Of a stretch of DNA of 64,000 nucleotides, positions 60,658 through 64,000 are shown piece by piece (the stretch's first letter is position 1; each line of letters starts with the position of its first letter). The position numbers and the translations under genes were made by a program. Origin of the DNA: Hyphochytrium catenoides (Eukaryota; Protista; Hyphochytriomycota); NCBI GenBank assembly GCA_900088475.1, contig FLMG01001116.1, positions 33,013 through 97,012 on the forward strand, written 5' to 3'. The notes beneath the pieces are model-generated. The model was not told the DNA's origin, searched no databases, and worked only from the letters and a program-made list of their open reading frames with translations.

Positions 60658-62837
60658 TTACGCAAGCTTCGCCTTTATTTGGGCTACTTCACGCTCACAG
60701 CCTGCTTTTCTAGCCATAAGTACTATAGCTCGTTCGACTGCCAAAGTTAAGTCCTTGATATCCGCGCTATTATCAATGACGATGTGCGCTTTCTTCACTT
60801 TGACCTATAATCACCGGCTCATTAGACGGCCAGTCATTACCAAGTTTTCGTTGGCTTAAGACAACCGCTATCGGCCTGTCTGTCAGAAGGGCAGAGAGAT
60901 GGGTGCAAGAACGAGAACGGGATGGCGAACCCGAGGTGCTGTGAGAAGCCGTTCTACCTCTATGGGAATCTGCGCCTTGATCCTATCTTGTGCCTGTTCC
61001 ATTGTAAGATTATTCCTCTTCATCAGCCGCTGTAGCTGCTGCTCAGGTTTGCAAGCCACAACCACTATAGGGTAGCAGAACCATGGTAATACCTTGCTCT
61101 CTAACGACAACGGCGCTTAGTTGAACATGTGGATGACCATGGGGGCAAGAGGAGATGAAGTCGACGGATGAAAGCTATATAACCTTCAAAGAGGAGGCCA
61201 TCAGGGTAAAGGCACAACGCAAGAGGTTTAAGAGGAAGGGAGAGAAGAGAGAGACCAAAAAAGGAGTACCTAGAAGCAATGGCGCATCGAGAACTACCAG
61301 CCTCTTCTGACGGAGAAGCCGATTAGCTAAGATCTGCTTCAGTATCTCCTTCGTGATGTATGGCTAGAATAAGATTGGCGTCAGTCAAGAGGAGGAATAC
61401 CTCGTACAGGAGCTAAAGAAAGAAGCGAGGAAGTGATGAAATGAGGTGGGCATGCAAAGCCAGCGTACATACTTGATCACTATCAACGCTAATCGGTCGT
61501 AAGAATGAATTAAGAAACGATGGTACCGAGACGGAGGGATCTTAGAACTGGGTGTGTGGACAGCACGGAAGGTAGGCCAGAAAAACAGAGATCCGGTCTT
61601 CTTACATGCGTAAAGGAGTTGAGCATATGCCTGCTGTGAGGATCCGTGAAAATCCTCTCCCCAAGAAGCGGTCTGTTGATTGCCTTGTTCTCGAGAAGGA
61701 TTTCCTCACCGAAGTACTGCACTATCTTCTTATATGCCGGCTGACCAGGCTCTACTATCTACAGGCATCCTTGTGTGAGAAAGCGCGAATAAAGAGCCAG
61801 AAATGTAGAGAGTGGCTCCCCAAGTAAGCGTCAGGTGTGATAGATCGAAGGCAAACAAAGACAAAGTAGAGTAAAAGCCTTAAGACTTGGACCGACGGCC
61901 CAGGCTAACTAGTGGACAGTCAAATATCTCCGCAGCATAGAGAGCGCAGAATTGCAGATAAAGCCTCTTAGAAGACGTATCAACCTGTCGTGCTATCAAA
62001 TCGGCGTCGATAACAGTCACTCCACTCTCTGATAAAAGAGCCGAGACCGTTGATTTGCCAGTGGAAATACCCCCGGTCAGTCCAATGACCCGCAAGTGCG
62101 ATCCTAGCCACTTTTAAAATGAGGAGCACACGCAATCGAAAGAGAGCAGGCGGAAAGAGACAGAACAGCTTTCGAGCGTCAGTACCCTGGCCTTGGACTG
62201 AACGTTGCGATTAGAGAACGGATCAAGAGTTGCTCCCGTTTGTAAGGTGATTACAGGCAAGACGGTCGCTTACCAGTCCAAAGGAGAAGGCTAAAGATAG
62301 GATCCAAACGTTCAAGGTCAAACTCTGCGCAGAGGGAAGGAAAAGGTACAATAAGCCAAGTGGTCGAGGTGGGACGATGGCAAGAGGAGGAGCGTGAATT
62401 GGAGAAGATCAGGTGAGAGCAGTGCAGGGGAAGAAGAGACAGGGTAATGAGAAAGAAAGGAAAGCGGACAATGGAGGAAGGAGAGCAAAGAGCAGCGAAC
62501 GAAGAGTTCTGATGGGAGAAAGAGGTAGAAGACAGACGGAGACAAGAAATGAAAGGGGCCTGTGCTATAGAAAGAGGGAGGTCGAGGGAGACAGAGAGCA
62601 AGCATACTATTAGAGGTTCCGTGCTGAGCTTCCTAGCAGGCCACGAACCTCAAAGACCAGCCAGCCTACGGCGAGAAGTACCGCCTCTCCCAGCAGAGGG
62701 ATCAAACGAATTTTTCCAGGAATGAGGGTCCAGATAAAGCGGGAGCGGTCCTTTCCTTCTAAAGCCAGGCCAAGGACCATGGCTGCCCCCACCACCCAGG
62801 TGGCTAACCATAGAATAAGGAGCACTTGCAGAGCCAT
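60658..62837 (-). CDS. coaE: Dephospho-CoA kinase (CoaE/DCAKD) with hydrophobic N-terminal extension, 7 exons
   Basis: Motifs [82 protein letters not shown] and VIDN are present. Upstream exons 62837-62649 and 62324-62274 join in phase 0. Confidence 0.88.
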
Positions 62838-63289
62838 CGCGGGGCCCTAGTCCCTCAAGGCACTAGTGGGGCTTCGCTGAATGTGAACAGAGGGAAGAGA
62901 AGGGAAGCCTCCTCTGCAAAGAAGAGGAAGAGGAAAGTGAAGCTCCAAATGGCCTTGCTGCTGCTTCGTCTTCTCTGTACGTCTGGCTTCTCCTCTACTT
63001 CTATCTCTGTTTGGCGGCCACAAGTAGAAGCAGCTATTGATCCTACTGATTGACAGAAGGCCTCACCGTCATCTTCGCCTTCGTCCAGGCAGAGTTCATC
63101 ATCATCTCTCAAAGAAGGGCTTTGCGAATGTTGGTCTATGAATTTATGAAGCGATGGGCTCACAGAACAACCAGAGCAGGAACCAAAGAGCACTACTTCC
63201 TATCCCGCAGCAAGATTTCAAGAACTTCCTAAGTAAGGGTACCTTTCTCGTTCCTGTCATTTTTTTGTTCTTTCTTCTCACCCCCTATC

Positions 63290-63352
63290 CTCTCTCTCTC
63301 TCTCTCTCTCTNNNNNNNNNNNNNNNNNNNNNNNNNNNNNNNNNNNNNNNNN

Positions 63353-63390
<38 letters not shown>
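63290..63390. repeat. (CT)n microsatellite spanning an assembly gap (N at 63312-63352)
   Basis: CT dinucleotide runs lie on both sides of 41 N. Confidence 0.95.
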
Positions 63391-63391
<1 letters not shown>

Positions 63392-64000
63392 TTTTCTTGC
63401 TCTTTCAAGTTCTACTCCTGCTATTCTGTTCTGCTGTTTTGTCTCTGTCGTCCTCATCTCTCCCACATGTACAGATAGATGTACACACCGCTCTTAGGGG
63501 CGGTTAGCGGCTAGAAGGATCTGCTGCTTCCTCCTCCTTCTTCTTCCAGTGAAGATAAAGTATAAGAAATTTTTTGTTGATTATGAGAAGATCATGAGGT
63601 CGGTGGTGGCGCAGCAGCAGGAGGAGATGCTCTTCGCTATCCTCTTCCCCTCTTCTTTCTACTCCTCCAATCTGTTTAACATTGAATGCAGATAGCACGT
63701 GAAAAGAAGGGGAACGACGACATAATATCATCTCCTGCTGAGATTCCCATTGTTGCTAGCCGGTGATGACGGCAGGGTTCTTTGATATTGTTGCTTTTGC
63801 TTCTTCAACGAAACTACTCGATAGTACCTTCTGTCGATTGATGATAATCTTTGTATGGGAGCTCTATAGAACTATGTATCTTCTTTTATGCTGGTGAGGG
63901 AAGCACTGCCGCTACACAGAATGTTGAATAATATTGTGCAACCACCTACCAGAGAGACCAAGAATGATGAGTTTACTATTTATCATCATGAAGGCATAAG

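Noticed and set aside
62855-64000. ORFs upstream of DPCK and around the assembly gap
   Set aside because: No coherent spliced frame or recognisable motif was found, and the microsatellite and Ns inflate the ORFs.

Overview
This is a compact, intron-rich eukaryotic window with many short GT-AG introns (about 50-350 nt), so the supplied ORF track is mostly exon fragments. I assembled the gene models by hand from splice sites and reading frame. Genes in order: RNASEH2C(+), RMDN-family(-), PSMD5(-), an acetolactate-synthase regulatory subunit fused to a zeta-toxin-like P-loop kinase(+), ECD/SGT1(+), MGH1-like/YMR196W-type glycosidase(-), ABCF ATPase(-), a decayed Zn2Cys6-like relic(-), an intronless orphan membrane ORF(+), DNA2(-), STIMATE-like(-), HAUS3(-), two small single-pass membrane ORFs, class II aldolase(-), YecM-like(-), selenoprotein W with an in-frame UGA and a well-formed SECIS(-), CRY-DASH(+) and a membrane-anchored dephospho-CoA kinase(-). 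The gene content suggests a stramenopile-like protist or alga; this is inference only. Standouts are (1) the 10-exon, 643-aa IlvH-zeta-kinase fusion with a mitochondrial-type presequence, (2) a selenoprotein plus SECIS that the ORF track misses, (3) a candidate 3-nt microexon, and (4) extra transmembrane modules on RMDN and DPCK. No database searches were run, so all family assignments rest on motif recognition.
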